Source: Paramecium tetraurelia (lineage: Eukaryota). From it: a stretch of DNA of 64,000 bases. The DNA is taken from contig CT868654.1 in the NCBI GenBank assembly GCA_000165425.1, forward strand, positions 1 through 64,000, written 5' to 3'. A model generated the notes under the pieces. The model did not search any database and was not told the DNA's origin. It was given only the letters and a program-made list of their open reading frames with translations. Shown in pieces: positions 25,395 to 38,920 of the stretch; position 1 is the stretch's first letter; each line of letters opens with the position of its first letter. A program made the translations under genes and the position numbers.

Positions 25395-28300
25395 ATGAAA
25401 TAAGAGGATTCTGAGTCGCCCAGTCTTTGTGGGTACATCAACTTCTTCCAAGTCTTAGGAGATATGGAATCAGAGGGTCTAATCACACAATAAGAGAAAA
25501 GAATCATCAAGTAGAAATTAACCATAAAGGAACCCTCCCTCATGCTGCTATTGTCTAAATAATAGGAAGAAACCTAGATCAAATCGGAATTGCTATCACT
25601 CTTGTCTTCTTTCCAGATGACTCGTTCCAAATCACACACTCAAGAATTTAGTTCATCCAAAAAACAAGGACAACAATTTCAAGTAAAACAGATACATATT
25701 TCCCATAGACGCAAACCATCTAACTCATGGATCAACTAATCATCCAATTGAAGTGCATGCAACAATATGCCAATCAACAGGTAATTGAGTCTAGCCTATT
25801 ATTGCATTAGATCACCTAAGATTTTAAGTCTAAAATTGAACAACTCAGAAATATACTCGACTCATTGGATCAAGATGAAGACGTCGATTAATCCTATGTT
25901 GAACTGCTCCAATCTAACTATTAATAGATTAAGGTAATGTAGACGTTACAGTTAGCAAAGGTATTCTCGTTACATGAATTCGCTCCTTGAATTGATGGAT
26001 GAGAAAGTCGAACCCAAAGATATCCAGGCATTCCTAAACACCTTCCTAAATCAACTCATCGGGTGTTAGACTTACAGTTTCATACTCCTCAAAGATCAAA
26101 AGGTTCAAATTCACCAGGAGGACAAGTTCGAAGAATTCCAAATCACCAAAGATGTCCTTGATGATTTGGTTAATCTACAACAAATAACCGAGGTCCACTC
26201 TTTGAACACTCTCAAACAGTACTACCAAAGTCCTAATAATTTTATACTCAAACTCACAGATTACTAATACTTTGTGATGCAATTGGATCCCAACTTCATG
26301 TCATTTGTTATGTTGTCCAAAAAGTATAATTACATGGACTCCTTGATAGAATTAGCTCAATTTGTAATATATACTTCATAACAAATCAAAGTCCAGTACT
26401 TCAGCATACTGTCTATTGGAGACACTGTCTTGGAATTTGGTCTAGAAATAGTCAGATGCTCCAAGTATCTACTCATTGAGAATATACTCTAAACCATCAA
26501 CAAACAATATTAAATCCACGAGATCTTTGAAAACTAACCCAATGTGATCACTCTCAAATTTAAGGATTCCTCCTCTCAACATCTATTTGCCTCCAATCTA
26601 GATCTCAAAAAACAATAAGACTTGCTGATCTATAACACTGTCAATCAAATCTACCAACGATATCAGCAGTTTATTAAATAGTGCTACGAGAGAATGCAAT
26701 TCTACAAGTACTTTTTAAGATCTAAAAACTTATTCATGATTGATTTTGATAAACAGGGTCGCCTGCGTTTTTTGAGCAGAGCCTTATCGCAGAAGATTAA
26801 AATGTAATTTCATATTGAAAAAATCTAAATTGACTCTACCTACAAGTAGATCTTCATATAGAATCAGCAAATGCTTCAAAATATTGAAAATTATATTAGC
26901 AATGCTAAGTGGAAATTAACTCAGCAGGAGGAGGATTAAAATAAACCATATGAAATATTCATAAGGAAGGAGGAGAAGCACTTCAAAGGATTCACCTTGA
27001 TCCTCTTAGAAAATGAATGGGTCCGTAAAAAGACTCAGCCTCCAACGAATGGAAAGACAATTAAACAATAATTGTTGTAGACAGAGACCTTGGATTACAT
27101 TAAGAAACTTGAAGAATTTAATCCTGACATCAGAAACTCCGTAGTTGCAATGTACATGCCTTAAATATAGGAATGCAATTCTAATGCTTAACAAACTCAA
27201 AAGACTCCAACTTTGGTGTTTAGAAAGATTGACAAGGGACAAGTTGTTGGAAAGAATAGCTTCTTCTTTAAACAAAGGGAGGAAGAGAGAAGGTTTATGA
27301 AAACGAATCCAAATAAGTTTAATGAGTCTCACCTAACTCTTAGAGAAGAAGACAGCTAGTTGGATTCTCTAGATTTCAACATTCATTTAGTAATATTTAT
27401 TACTAGTATTTAGATTAAGTCTACAGTGGAGAAGTAGAGAATAGTTTGGTCAATGCTGGAAAGAAACAACTTTAATTAAATGTTTGCGTTGCCTTAAGAC
27501 AAATTGATCAACTTTTTGATTGAAATGGAATCTCAATACAATATGAACAACAACCCTTATCACAATTTCGATCATGGAGTAGCAGTGATGCAGGCTGTCA
27601 ATTGTTTTATCAAATCATTGACAAATCAATTAGATTAACAATTCTTTAACAATATTACTAAGTTTTGTTTATTGTTGTCAGCCTTATGTCACGATGTTGC
27701 TCATACAGGTAAGACCAATGCCTATGAAGCTAATTCAATTAGTCAATTGGCTATCCGTTATCATGACAAAGTGGTAAATTGTATATTGTTAACTCTTTTA
27801 TTAGATACTGGAACAACATCATGCAGCAACGACTATTAAGATCTTGAGAGATGATTAGACTAATATTCTTTGCAACTTTTCTGATTAGGATTTCAGAACC
27901 TTTAGGAAATAACTAATTTCCAACATCTTGTCGACTGATATGCAAGAGCACTTCAAGATGCTGAAGGAATTCGAATCCAGAATTGAATAATATGGTAATG
28001 ATCCTGAAGACTTATCGTTGTTATGTGGGATGATCACTCACGCTGCTGATTTTAATGGGACTGCAAGGAAGTGGCCTCAAAGTAGATTGTGGAGTGATAA
28101 AATCAATTAAGAGTATCGGGCTCAGTATGCGGAGGAGGGTAAGAAAGGCTATCCTCAATAGCCGTTTATGAAAGATCTAGACAAGGTAAAAAAGAGTATT
28201 GAATATCATAGTTGCACGTGATGTCTAAGAATGAAATTGGGTTCATCAAGGTCATAGTTAGGCCATTGTATCATCAGATGAACTAGTTTGGCAAAGGAGC

Positions 28301-28400
28301 GTTTTAAGTCTGTGTGGATAATTTGGATGAAACCACATTTGAATGGGAGAAAGTGTATTAGTAAGAGTTGAAGGCATAGCAATAATAAGGTAATCAATGA
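25395..28400 (+). CDS. Class I 3',5'-cyclic nucleotide phosphodiesterase
   Basis: NPYHNFDHG, LCHDVAHTGKTNAY, LEQHH, ILSTDM, HAADF, QEYRAQ and NEIGFI. Long N-terminal regulatory region and several tiny introns. Confidence 0.93.
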
Positions 28401-28468
28401 TTACTGATGATATTTTTGTTATGTTGGGGGGATAATTTATATTCATTAAAATATATAATATTGACCAG

Positions 28469-29588
28469 ATGATGTTAGGCAAGCCAGACCTCAAATGGTG
28501 TATTCAATAGAAGGCAGCCTAGAATGTTAAAGAGAGACTCTATGGCTATCCCAGTCATTAGAATTAATTGCCTGTGCAAACTCAGACCAAGTATAGCATC
28601 CCCACTGAATTCGTAGGATGCATCAATGATCAAGACCAGAAGGATGTTATTAAGATCCTCAAGTTCACTCATCTCAAAGTACTCATTCCATACATTTTAG
28701 TGGCTAGCCAAAAGCAATAGCTTCGCCTTAGGTTATAATAAGATCAATAATTAAAAGCGATAAGGACACTTGTCTATCTTTGATTTAAATGATTGGAAAT
28801 TATTTTATAAGAAATTCGCAAATGAAGAAGCAATGGTAGGGATATTAAGTTAAGAATACTTAAATAAAGTATTTGGAATTGGGAGTAATGGAGGCATCTA
28901 CACTATTGAAAAGGGGTTAGGAGGACTAGAGTAGAGGCCAGTATTGGAGACTAAAATCTTGTAGATTACAGAGGGAGCCTTCTCGCCTAATCATAACAAG
29001 ATTGCTTTTTCGAGTTAGGATAAGTTGATCTATCTCTATGATGTCTAATCAGAATAGAAGGAGACTCTTATAGGACATGGTAAGGAAGTGTATACAGTGC
29101 AATGGAATCCAGAAAACAGTCTAATAATCAGTGGGGCAGATGATGAGACAATTCGTCTCTGGGATGCTTCTAGTAGAGACGAGATTCTGAATTTAAAAAG
29201 ACATAATTTAGGAGTTAAAAAGGTGAGGTGGAATAGAAATGGGACCTACTTCGCCACGACAGGGAAGGATAAGCAAACCTTGTTGTTTGATCTGAGAAAA
29301 ATGGATATGGAGATATTTAAATTGCATCAGACTCAGGTTGACACCATCTTTTGGCATCCAAAATATCAAAATATATTTCTCACAGGTGATGCCAATGGTT
29401 CTATCTCATGTTATAATATCAATGCTCCAACTGAACCCATGTATGTGTAGCATGTGCCTGAGACCATTGTGACTGATTTGGCTTTAGACTCAAGTGGGGC
29501 AATGATGAGTGTGATTAGAGCCAAATAATTACAACCAGAGTAAAAAATCAGTATGGCTGATTAAATTTCTATTTATAAGACTGCATGA
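28469..29588 (+). CDS. WD40 protein, WDR33/Pfs2/FY-like polyadenylation factor
   Basis: LIGHGKEVYTVQWNPENSLIISGADD..IRLWD, RHNLGVKKVRWNRNGTYFATTGKD..LFDLR and WHPKYQNIFLTGDANG follow the WDR33/Pfs2 repeat series. Confidence 0.75.
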
Positions 29589-29645
29589 TTTATTTATATA
29601 TCTTAATATACATTCTATACTATAAACAATATTTAAAATAATTAT

Positions 29646-29957
29646 ATGAGTAATAATATTGAGAGGAGCTTTTCTGTGAAGAATAGGAATTTTCATCCAG
29701 AAGAGACTACTCAAAGCAGTGGCAAAGTCAAAGTCACTAGACACTTTACTAATCAAGTTTATCAGGCATAAAACTCAGATCAAAAACCGACCAAAGATGT
29801 CGAAAAGGTGAATGAACTAATCAAATTGAGTGAGTAGATCAAGAAGGAATTGTTGAAGGTTAAGTTTTGTACACTTTGCAAGAGAAAGTTTCAGAGTATC
29901 AAATACTTAATTGAACATGAAGAGAATTCAGAAGTACACAAAAAGATTAAATAATGA
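29646..29957 (+). CDS. Small protein with one RBM5/RBM10-type C2H2 zinc finger
   Basis: 103-aa intronless ORF ending CTLCKRKFQSIKYLIEHEENSEVHKK. Confidence 0.75.
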
Positions 29958-29978
29958 TATTTATTAAAATTTAACGTA

Positions 29979-30773
29979 ATGCTTGATGAATTAGAATTAT
30001 TGGTTGAAAAAGAATTAGCTAAGTTAAATTCTCTCAACGGAAAAGACAAGGCTCCTTAGGTTGTTCAACAACCATTGATGTAGAACAAGGACAAAGTCAA
30101 TCTCATCATCTCCATTGATAATAAACCAAAAGATGTTAAACATCCATCAACAACTGAGCAATGTTCATTCAGACCCATGTTATCTAGAAAGTCTTTGAGA
30201 ATGGCTGAGAAATTGGGTGATGCCAAGGAAAGACTAACTAAGCCTAGATCGGTCACACCTGAAATCAAAGAATCATCATAATCATAAACGAGGAAAAGAG
30301 CAATATCTGGGGTTGCTCCAAGATGGGAATAGTTATACACATTAGATCAATTCTATAAATCAAAGAAGGAAGCTTTGAGAATACAGATAGAAATGGAAAG
30401 ATCAAAAGAAAATGAGACAACATTTCAACCTGATCTCTCAAAGAGTCAAACCAAATATTGTGATTTTACTATGCCTTTTGATCAAAGAAATCGATATTGG
30501 GAAACCAAAAAATAGGAGAAACTTCTTTAATATCAAAAAGATGTCCAAACTGAAAGTCAATCGTTATGCACCTTTAAACCTTAAGTAAATAAAAAGATAG
30601 CACTAAAAAGTGCAAAAGTATCAGAATTCAATAAAAAAGGACTCATAACCTACTTTGAAAGAGTCTAATAAGCCAATAAGAAGAAAGAAGAACCCAAAAA
30701 GTCCTCAAAATGGAAGCCTGGAGTTACAATACCACAAGAATTCAAATTAAGCCATACTAATAGATAATTATGA
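29979..30773 (+). CDS. Hypothetical protein with CTFxP-type repeats (putative microtubule-associated)
   Basis: Intronless ORF with CSFRPML, TTFQPDL, CTFKPQV and a terminal TIPQEFKL. Confidence 0.7.
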
Positions 30774-31594
30774 TTTCAATCCTATTACTTAATCACATTA
30801 TATAGATAATACTAATTATTATTTTAGTTGGATTATTTTAAAATATCATCTTGCATTATCTTTTATTGAATCTAAAGTCCATTTTAAAATTAGTTAAATG
30901 AATTCACTTTCTATTATTAAATTAGAATAAAATTATTAGCTTTTATATAGAATTGATATTTAAAATAATAGAAATCTTATTACTAATCGAATTAGTATTC
31001 TTAATTATTAGGCAATTTCGAAATTGAAATAAGTATAATTGAAACCAATTACAATATTTTAATTATCTAATTTATCATCCTTTTCAACTCCCAGTTGTTA
31101 TGAACTATAGATTTCTAAAGAGCATATTTATTTTTCTCTTTTGCTTAATCCAGTTTAAATCTGTGCTTTCTTGGTTGCGAGTAGGACTGTATCCTTATTT
31201 ATATATATTTTACGAATATAAACTTTGCCAATCTTTTTATGAAAAAATAATTCTTAAAACTTTCCATATTTATGATCAATATAATATATGATTAAATGTA
31301 ATATGCAGTAAGTGATAGTAAAATATAAATCAATTAAGAAGTAAAATCGATGGATATTTAATTAATTTATGAAAAGGAATATAGAATGCACAACAAAGTT
31401 TAGAACTATATCAGGGGACATGGTAATTACATTAGTAGGTTAAGAATGATCAAACATTCATTTAGGGCGAGTAAAGATTGATGGAACAGTTCAAAATTCA
31501 TTGCTTAAAAGTTGATATTATTGCATTACGTTAAAAGAATATGGGGATCATTAAATTGAAATAATGAAAGTTATATATTAAATTATATATTGAT

Positions 31595-34212
31595 ATGAAT
31601 AAGCTTAGGAGAGTTGTAAGGAATTTGGACTTGATGTTGAAACATTTCAAGAAAAACTAGAAGGCAAACAAGATGGAGAGATTTAGAAGACACGTAATAA
31701 ATGAGATTTTATATACAGAGTTAAACTACATTAATGATTTGGGTGTATTGGAGGATGTAAGAATAATCAATAGCATACTTAGCTTAGGGAGATCCTGACG
31801 AATGAGTTGCCAATGAGGAGTGACGAGAAATACATCTCTGCAATATTCATGAACGTTTCGGATATAAGAAAGGAGAATCAAAAGTTTTATGATTAGGTGA
31901 AGAGCAAAGCAGCAAATATAAATCGAAATTCGGTAATATTTGACAATGTGGATGTTAAAGGCTTTGAGACTTATTATCACTATTGCAGGAACTACAATGA
32001 CTCCCTTAAAGCTTTAAAATTATTATTGCAGAAGCAGCCCTAGTTGGAGCATAGTTTGAAGAACAGAGAGAATATGAGAGGATTGCAATTGGTGGATTTT
32101 CTGGTGAAGCCCGTGCAAAGATTACCTAAATATGTTTTATTTTGGAAAGAACTCATTAAGGGTACTAGAAAGAATCATCCTGATATGGAAAACATATTGA
32201 ACCTGCAAGATGAATTCGAACGACTCAATGACGAAAATAATAAGTCGATGGACAAATTCATCAACAGAGCTAGAGTGAAGGAGTTGAGTAAGGAATATAA
32301 TGATGAGAGGATTTATACTGACAATGAGGATAGGCTGGTTATGTTTCAAGATACTGCCAATGTGATTACGGAGGGGAGGGAATTGAATGTGTTGTTTTAC
32401 ATTTTTACAGACATGATATTGATAGGGTATCAGGATCAGGAGAGTAAAGCAAATAGAGCTATGAAATTCAAATTGGATTCACAAACAATAATAAAAGATC
32501 AGTTGGATACTAAATATTTCACAAATCTGTTCAGCATAGTGAATTAGGAGAATGTGATTTAATTCACTGCTTAGAGTAAGGAAATGAAGGATAAGTCAAT
32601 CAAGTAAATCTCAAAGATTATAAACTATATTAAAGAGAAATCTTAGATGTAAGATATTTATCCAATAACAGTTAAAGTAGTGGGAACAGAGGAGAGATTC
32701 AGTTACAGCATAAACAAATACACAATCTACATTGTAGAAATCGAGATATAGAGGATTGTATTAAAAATATATATTCGATTCTCAAAAGCATTGGAGTTAT
32801 TGAATATTTTCAAATAGCGATATCCAAATGGGAAATTTGAAGATATCTCTTCATATCATTGGCTTAATAATCACTCAACAAAAGTAATTGAGTAAAGAAT
32901 GATAGCAATTGAGAAGATGATACAATAAGTACTGATTCTCAATTAGAAATAACCTGAAAAATTATAGTCACATGATCAATCCATTCTCTCCTTATTAACT
33001 TTGCCAGAAAACTTCTACGAACTACCAAAAATGAACATTTAAGTTGATATCGAAGTCAAGAGGCAATTCTAGAGCCATATGAATGTTGTGTTGTAGCAGA
33101 CTATATAAGGAGTCTCAGATATCTTAGATGCTTACTTTTCTGCGAAAAATAGCTAGATTAGAGTGTCAACAATATAGGACACAAATGTGGTTGTGGTTAC
33201 TGACTTTTCTCAGGAAATGTAATAAAAGAATGGAAAGGTAATTGATGTCTACTTAATCGACAATTAATGTGAGAAGATACAAATTTATGAAATCACTAGG
33301 GCTGCTGAAATAGTGAAAGTGTTGGCTAAGCAGATGTACTTGAAGTACTATCAGGATTTCAAATTGATATTGGAGGATAAGTATCTCAATAGAAGAGTGA
33401 TTGACGACGATGAGGTGATACTGTAATTGCATAAGATCAGTGTAAATGGGATCTTCAATTCCTCAATCAATAAGATAGAGTAGTTTTGGACTAACAGCAA
33501 TGAGGAGAGACTGTTTTTCAGGAAGGTGATTTATTTAGATCCGAAATACGAATTTGTCGACATCTATCAAGATTAGGTGAGAATGCAGTATATCTTACTG
33601 TAATTCTTCGAAGAGATCAGAGAACTCAAATTCCTGTTGAATAGGGAGAAGCTGTTTCTCTATATTGCCTTTTACCTCATTATCAAGAGGTAGGAGGTGA
33701 AACACGAGAATATCTCAAAGTATTTAAAAAGCGAGATTTTCGATTAGATCGAGCCTCATAGATGGGAGGTAGAAGTGAAAAGATACATTACCCAAATCAA
33801 CAGTTAATTGTTGCAATTGGAGACTGAAAAGAAGTCTATGGTGTATTTGTGTTAGTATCAATTCCTGAAGAACATTTACTATGAGAAGGAGGCGACTATG
33901 AACATTTACAAGTTGGAGGTGCATAGAGAATTACAAGCAGCGTTCTCGAAGTTGAAAGTCCCTGACATCAAGGGGAACATCTACATTGGGTTATCTTAAG
34001 CAAAGATCTCCTTGTTGACTCCGCTGGACAAAAAAGTAATCTAAGAAATCCAGTACCAAGAGATCGACAACATACAATCTTTTCCGAATAAGTTAGTTAT
34101 ACGTACAAAATCGAACATACCTGAGAAGGGTTGGAAGTTCATTACTTTCCAAAGTTACGAGATCAAGATGTTGATCAATTTTTACAAGGAGTTGAGTTTG
34201 AACGATAGTTGA
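31595..34212 (+). CDS. RhoGEF with DH-PH-PX-FERM-like architecture
   Basis: DH: RRHVINEILYTELNYINDL and LVDFLVKPVQRLPKYVLF. PH: FYIFTDMILIG. PX-like: YTIYIVEI..IRFSK..VIEQR. FERM-like: RLFFRKVIYL and IYIGLSQAKISLL. One 26-nt intron near 31757-31782. Confidence 0.82.
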
Positions 34213-34246
34213 TAAATTTCTATAATCATTATTTGTAAATTTTATA

Positions 34247-37200
34247 ATGGATGATGCTTATTCTCATTAAGCTTCAACTCCCACGGATCGAGATCGCAAA
34301 TCCAACCTGGAAACCATGAGGAATGAGAACATGAACTTTGTTGAGTAATCCTAATTATTATAGTCCCTAGCTCAAACGACGTGATAGTGGAGTACTACAA
34401 AAATCAGTACCTAATTTTATTATGGCTAAAGATAAGCGAGTGGATTGGATCGTTACTTTCTGGAAATCGAATCATGGTTGGATGAGGATAAGACTCTCCA
34501 CACCAACACCCCCTTGGTTCTGGAGGCAGATGATGGCATCGGCAAGAAAACGCTTTTAGTCAAATGGATGGAGTATCATGCCAGGAATAAAAAAGGAGTA
34601 AGACTATGGTGAATAATAGCGATATCCCGATTTCATCATTCCCCACTTTGCCACCTAATCAGGCAAAAATAGCAATTATTATTATGCCATCTATAGAATC
34701 CTCATTAAATTGAGAGAAGCCCTCAACATCAAACAGAAGGTAGAATTGCTAGAGGAGAAACTCAGAAGATTTTTCCAATATTGGCTAGAAATTTGCAGCA
34801 GATAATTGGACTAACAAATTATCAATGGAGCCCCAATCATTTATGATAAAGTATATAACATCCTCATTTCCACAGGTCATCCTAGTGTTTGAAGGCATCG
34901 ACAATTTCAGAGAGCTACTTGACATGCATCGAGAAGCCAATGTCAATTTTTGGTTGCCCAAATACTTCCCCACCAATATAAAAGTCATTGTAACTGCTGA
35001 GAGGTAATCAGCCTCGATGAAATTGTTGAAGCCTGATTGTCAAGTAATACCCATTGTGTCTGACAAAACAGTCATGAAATAGACAGTCAATCACCATTTG
35101 GGGAAACATCTACTTATTTAAGTATTTTTATATAATAACTTCTAAGAATCCTTAAAATCTTTTGGACATATTCATTCAACTAAGTTATAAAGTGAGAAAT
35201 CAGCCAGTTTTTGTCAGAGCCTACTTTTCAGTCTTCATTCCATATCCCTCAGAAGGAGTTGTGGAAGAAAACGAAATTGATTAAAGAATTGTTGAACAAA
35301 TACTGTAACCGCTCACTTTGAATCACTTCAAATCTATGAAAATAGTGGAGGATCTATTCGCATTCCAATTGGATTACTTTTCGAAGGTTAATATCATGGA
35401 AATTGCTAAATTTAGAAGAGTTCTATTAGTCTTATCTCTAACTCAAAAAGGATTGACATACCCAGAAATTGAGAGTGTTTGTAACATCACTATCAAAGAA
35501 TGGAAATTGTTTCTAGTTTTCTTCAAAGTGTACATCATGAAACACAAAGATTTATGGATTATTCACAATGAAATCTTTAAAAAAGTAGTCATCAATACAT
35601 ACTATGTTGACATCAAGGAAGTCTTAGAATTGCATGACAATATCGCCACAACTATTGACAAGATTACTCCCAATTCCATCAGAAAATTGGAAGAATAAAC
35701 TTTCCAATTATTTAGTGCCAAGAATTACTTCTCTTTAAAAGAAGTCATAAGCATTATTGAGAACTTTTTGCTTCTTTTTAATCCTTCAAACAAATATGAT
35801 CTGTGTCGATATTGGTAATCCCTTGAGGAGAATGGATTCGATCCTGTATTAGAATACAATAAAGCAGTTGAAGGCTTCTAAATTCATTATCATCCATCAT
35901 CAGAAGATATGTTCAGGATCATTATTTAGATTTCACGGTTTCTCAAAGAATTTGGGGATTTTGAAACTAGAAACACTCCAGGTTTTAGACATCCCCCAAT
36001 CATTGGAGTATTGAGTGATTTATACGATATTGGATTATTGTAAGAAATACTCAAGTTGGATCTTTATTACGACAAAGCACCTGAATTGAAGGAGTTTGAT
36101 CCAGCCAAACATTTAAAGCGTGTTGCTAAACCGAAAACAGCTCCTGTGCTTTCCAACATGGAATCACTCAATGTGGAAATACAATAGAATAGATAATTGA
36201 TCAGAACACATTATCTCTCTTTGCTATCTAAACCTATCGAGTAAACAGAAAATGAGGAAGACCAGCCTTAGAGTTTGGATGAATTGGCTGAGGAAATTAA
36301 TAACAGACTAAGAAAGGTCATTTAATAAAAGGAAGAGAATCTTTCCCAAGATGTAATGTAAACAGGTGAACGAGAATCTACCGATTACTATTATAAGAGA
36401 TGGATTTGGATACAATTCCCATGGGCTTGCACTAGTATCGACAAGAACTGTGACTACTCTACGGTTATCAAATAGTGTTTCTCATCTGCAACAGATTACA
36501 TGAGTGTTGAGGATGAGAATGCATTCACAGAGTCAGCACTTAAAATAGCACTTGAAGCCAAAAGAAAACGAAAGGAGATGTACGAACAAAAGTAGGAACA
36601 AGAAACTCGTTTACAACTTATCCCCTAGGTTCCCGTGCTATAGTAGAAGGGATAGGAAGAGGTCTTGAAAAAGCAAAAGAGAGAATAAATAGAATTTAGT
36701 ACAATTTCAAGTTCAAGATACAATAGATCCTCTGCTGTTACCTTGCCTCCAGTATCTAATAGGAGTGCTGTCATAACGTAGGAGGATGTACCCAATGACA
36801 ATCACAGGAACAATTAGATGTTCATCACTTCGGATTTCACAGATTCAAATTATCTTAATGAGGAATCAAAAACAATTAAGTTAAATTAATCTTCACGTGC
36901 ACTCAATGTGATGGTTAACAAACTATGTAAATACTTGATTAATTGAAGAAATAAAAAAGTAAAATGAGGTAGTTTTCTTCCAATTCATTATCTCATGAGG
37001 TCTACAAAATTACTGAAATATTTCCCATTGTGAAGGGGAATATCCAATAGCATTCAACAGCTCAATTAAATTTGCTTCAGAATCAGGCTAAGATCATGAG
37101 ATAAAAATTGAATTAAATCATCTATGACAACTTATAGTTGGCTCAAACCTATAAGATGTTAAAGATCATGGATTTCAATAAGGGATATTTAAAAAAAGAA

Positions 37201-38340
37201 CTTAATAATTTAGAAGGTTTGAAATAATAACAACAAGGTCTTAAATTATAATTAGAACAAGCAGAAAAGCAATTGAAGAAATCTTGTAAGACTAAAATAA
37301 GAATTAAGAAGATACTGAAGGTTTGTAGGGACAATAAGCAACAAAATGAAGAATATATTAGACATCTAAATTATTTAACACGCAACTTTGCTAAATTGAT
37401 TAAATTTGAAGAGTTAGAAATTAAAAAGAGCCAAGAAAATATCCAATAGGCTAAAAGACAATTTGATGAATTTTTAAGGGTTTATCGATAGAAGAGAGAA
37501 CATTAATCAACACTCTTGCTACAAATAAGAAATAGTTTATATGAAAAACAGCATCTAGATAAAATATTTTAAGTGAGTGATTTGGAGATTACTCAAAAGG
37601 CTAATGCTTCTATTGAAAAATTGAAGAAACGATTAAACAAAAAGGATGACGATACGAAAAACAAGAAAAACAAAGAAGCTTAGGAAAAGGAAGAAAAATT
37701 ACAAAAAGAAAAGCTTATAAATTTAGAGCAGTTGTATTAAAAGATTAAAGGAGTGTTTGACATCAAAAACAGTGATTATAATCTGAAAAAGGAGTTTATA
37801 GATTTTATGGCATAGAAGGAGAGGAAAAGTGAATACGAAATTCAATTATCTACAAGTAGATAATAATTAAGTGAAGTTTTGGAAATAAATAGAAAATTGA
37901 ATGAATAGGCTAAGACATATTAGAGTGCCTATATATCTCTTAATGTGAATTAAAAGGAAACAAAACCAGAAGGTATCCTTTTATATTCTTATTAAACTTA
38001 GATTAAACTGAAGAAAAAAAATAAGTTACCAATATTTAGTTGCAAGAGTTGTAACTTAAAAAACTTATGGTTTTGGAAGCTCGATTGTAAAGTTCATTAG
38101 ATTTAATTGCAAAGAAGTGCGGAGTGTAGGAGCAGGATGTATATTACATTGATTTTATTCATAGATTTCTACGATGTTTGGGATGAGAGAAGGCAACTTA
38201 TTATAAAAAATTAAGGACAAAAAGATTATTAATCAATTTTACAGGAGACTTATGATACTAAATAACTGTTAAAATAATAGGCTCCTTTTTATTTTCCTAA
38301 AAGATACATCATAAATAGCACCAACAATGTTGATAAATGA
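34247..38340 (+). CDS. Large NACHT-like (NPHP3/TEP1-type) P-loop domain protein with C-terminal coiled coil
   Basis: PLVLEADDGIGKKTLLVKW (Walker A-like), VILVFEGIDNF (Walker B-like), WLPKYFPTNIKVIVT and SLTQKGLTYPEI. Many introns; the 3' end is approximate. Confidence 0.7.
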
Positions 38341-38920
38341 AGGGATTATATTTAAAAATTATACAATATAAATAATAATAATAATAATAATAAATTAATA
38401 TTAATAATAAACTCCTATTTATAAATATTTATTAATAATAAAAAATATTTAATTGTCAATAACAGAAATATTCAATAATTCCATAGAATAACTTGTTTGT
38501 CATCATAAATTAGCTTTACTACTCATATCTCCATTTAATTAAAGCCAATAATTAATTTTAGCAATAGTTATATTCACAGTCTATTTCAATATTGCGAGAA
38601 TTGCTTACAATTTGGAGTAGAAGTTGTTTTATCAGGCATTTGTAATGGAAAATCGCGTAATTTAAGAATTTAGTTCAATATTATAAGGTTTATGGTAATT
38701 TAATAATCAATTAATTAAAAGGTATATTTTTAATTGAAAATTGAAATCTATTTAAACTAGATATCAATATGGTATTTGGGTTATAAGAATGAGGGAAAAT
38801 GCTTGGTTGAAATAAGAAACTTAGAATATTCAGTGATCAGTTAAGAAAAGTGCACTGGGAAATGAAATATTTAAGTGTTTATATAGTAATTTTAATGTAT
38901 ATACAAATGAAAGGGTATCA

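Noticed and set aside
31302..31567. Small gene upstream of the RhoGEF
   Set aside because: No consistent start/intron/stop model and no recognisable motif.
38370..38410. (TAA)n tract as a regulatory or telomeric element
   Set aside because: It is a simple AT-rich microsatellite, not a G-rich ciliate telomere repeat.
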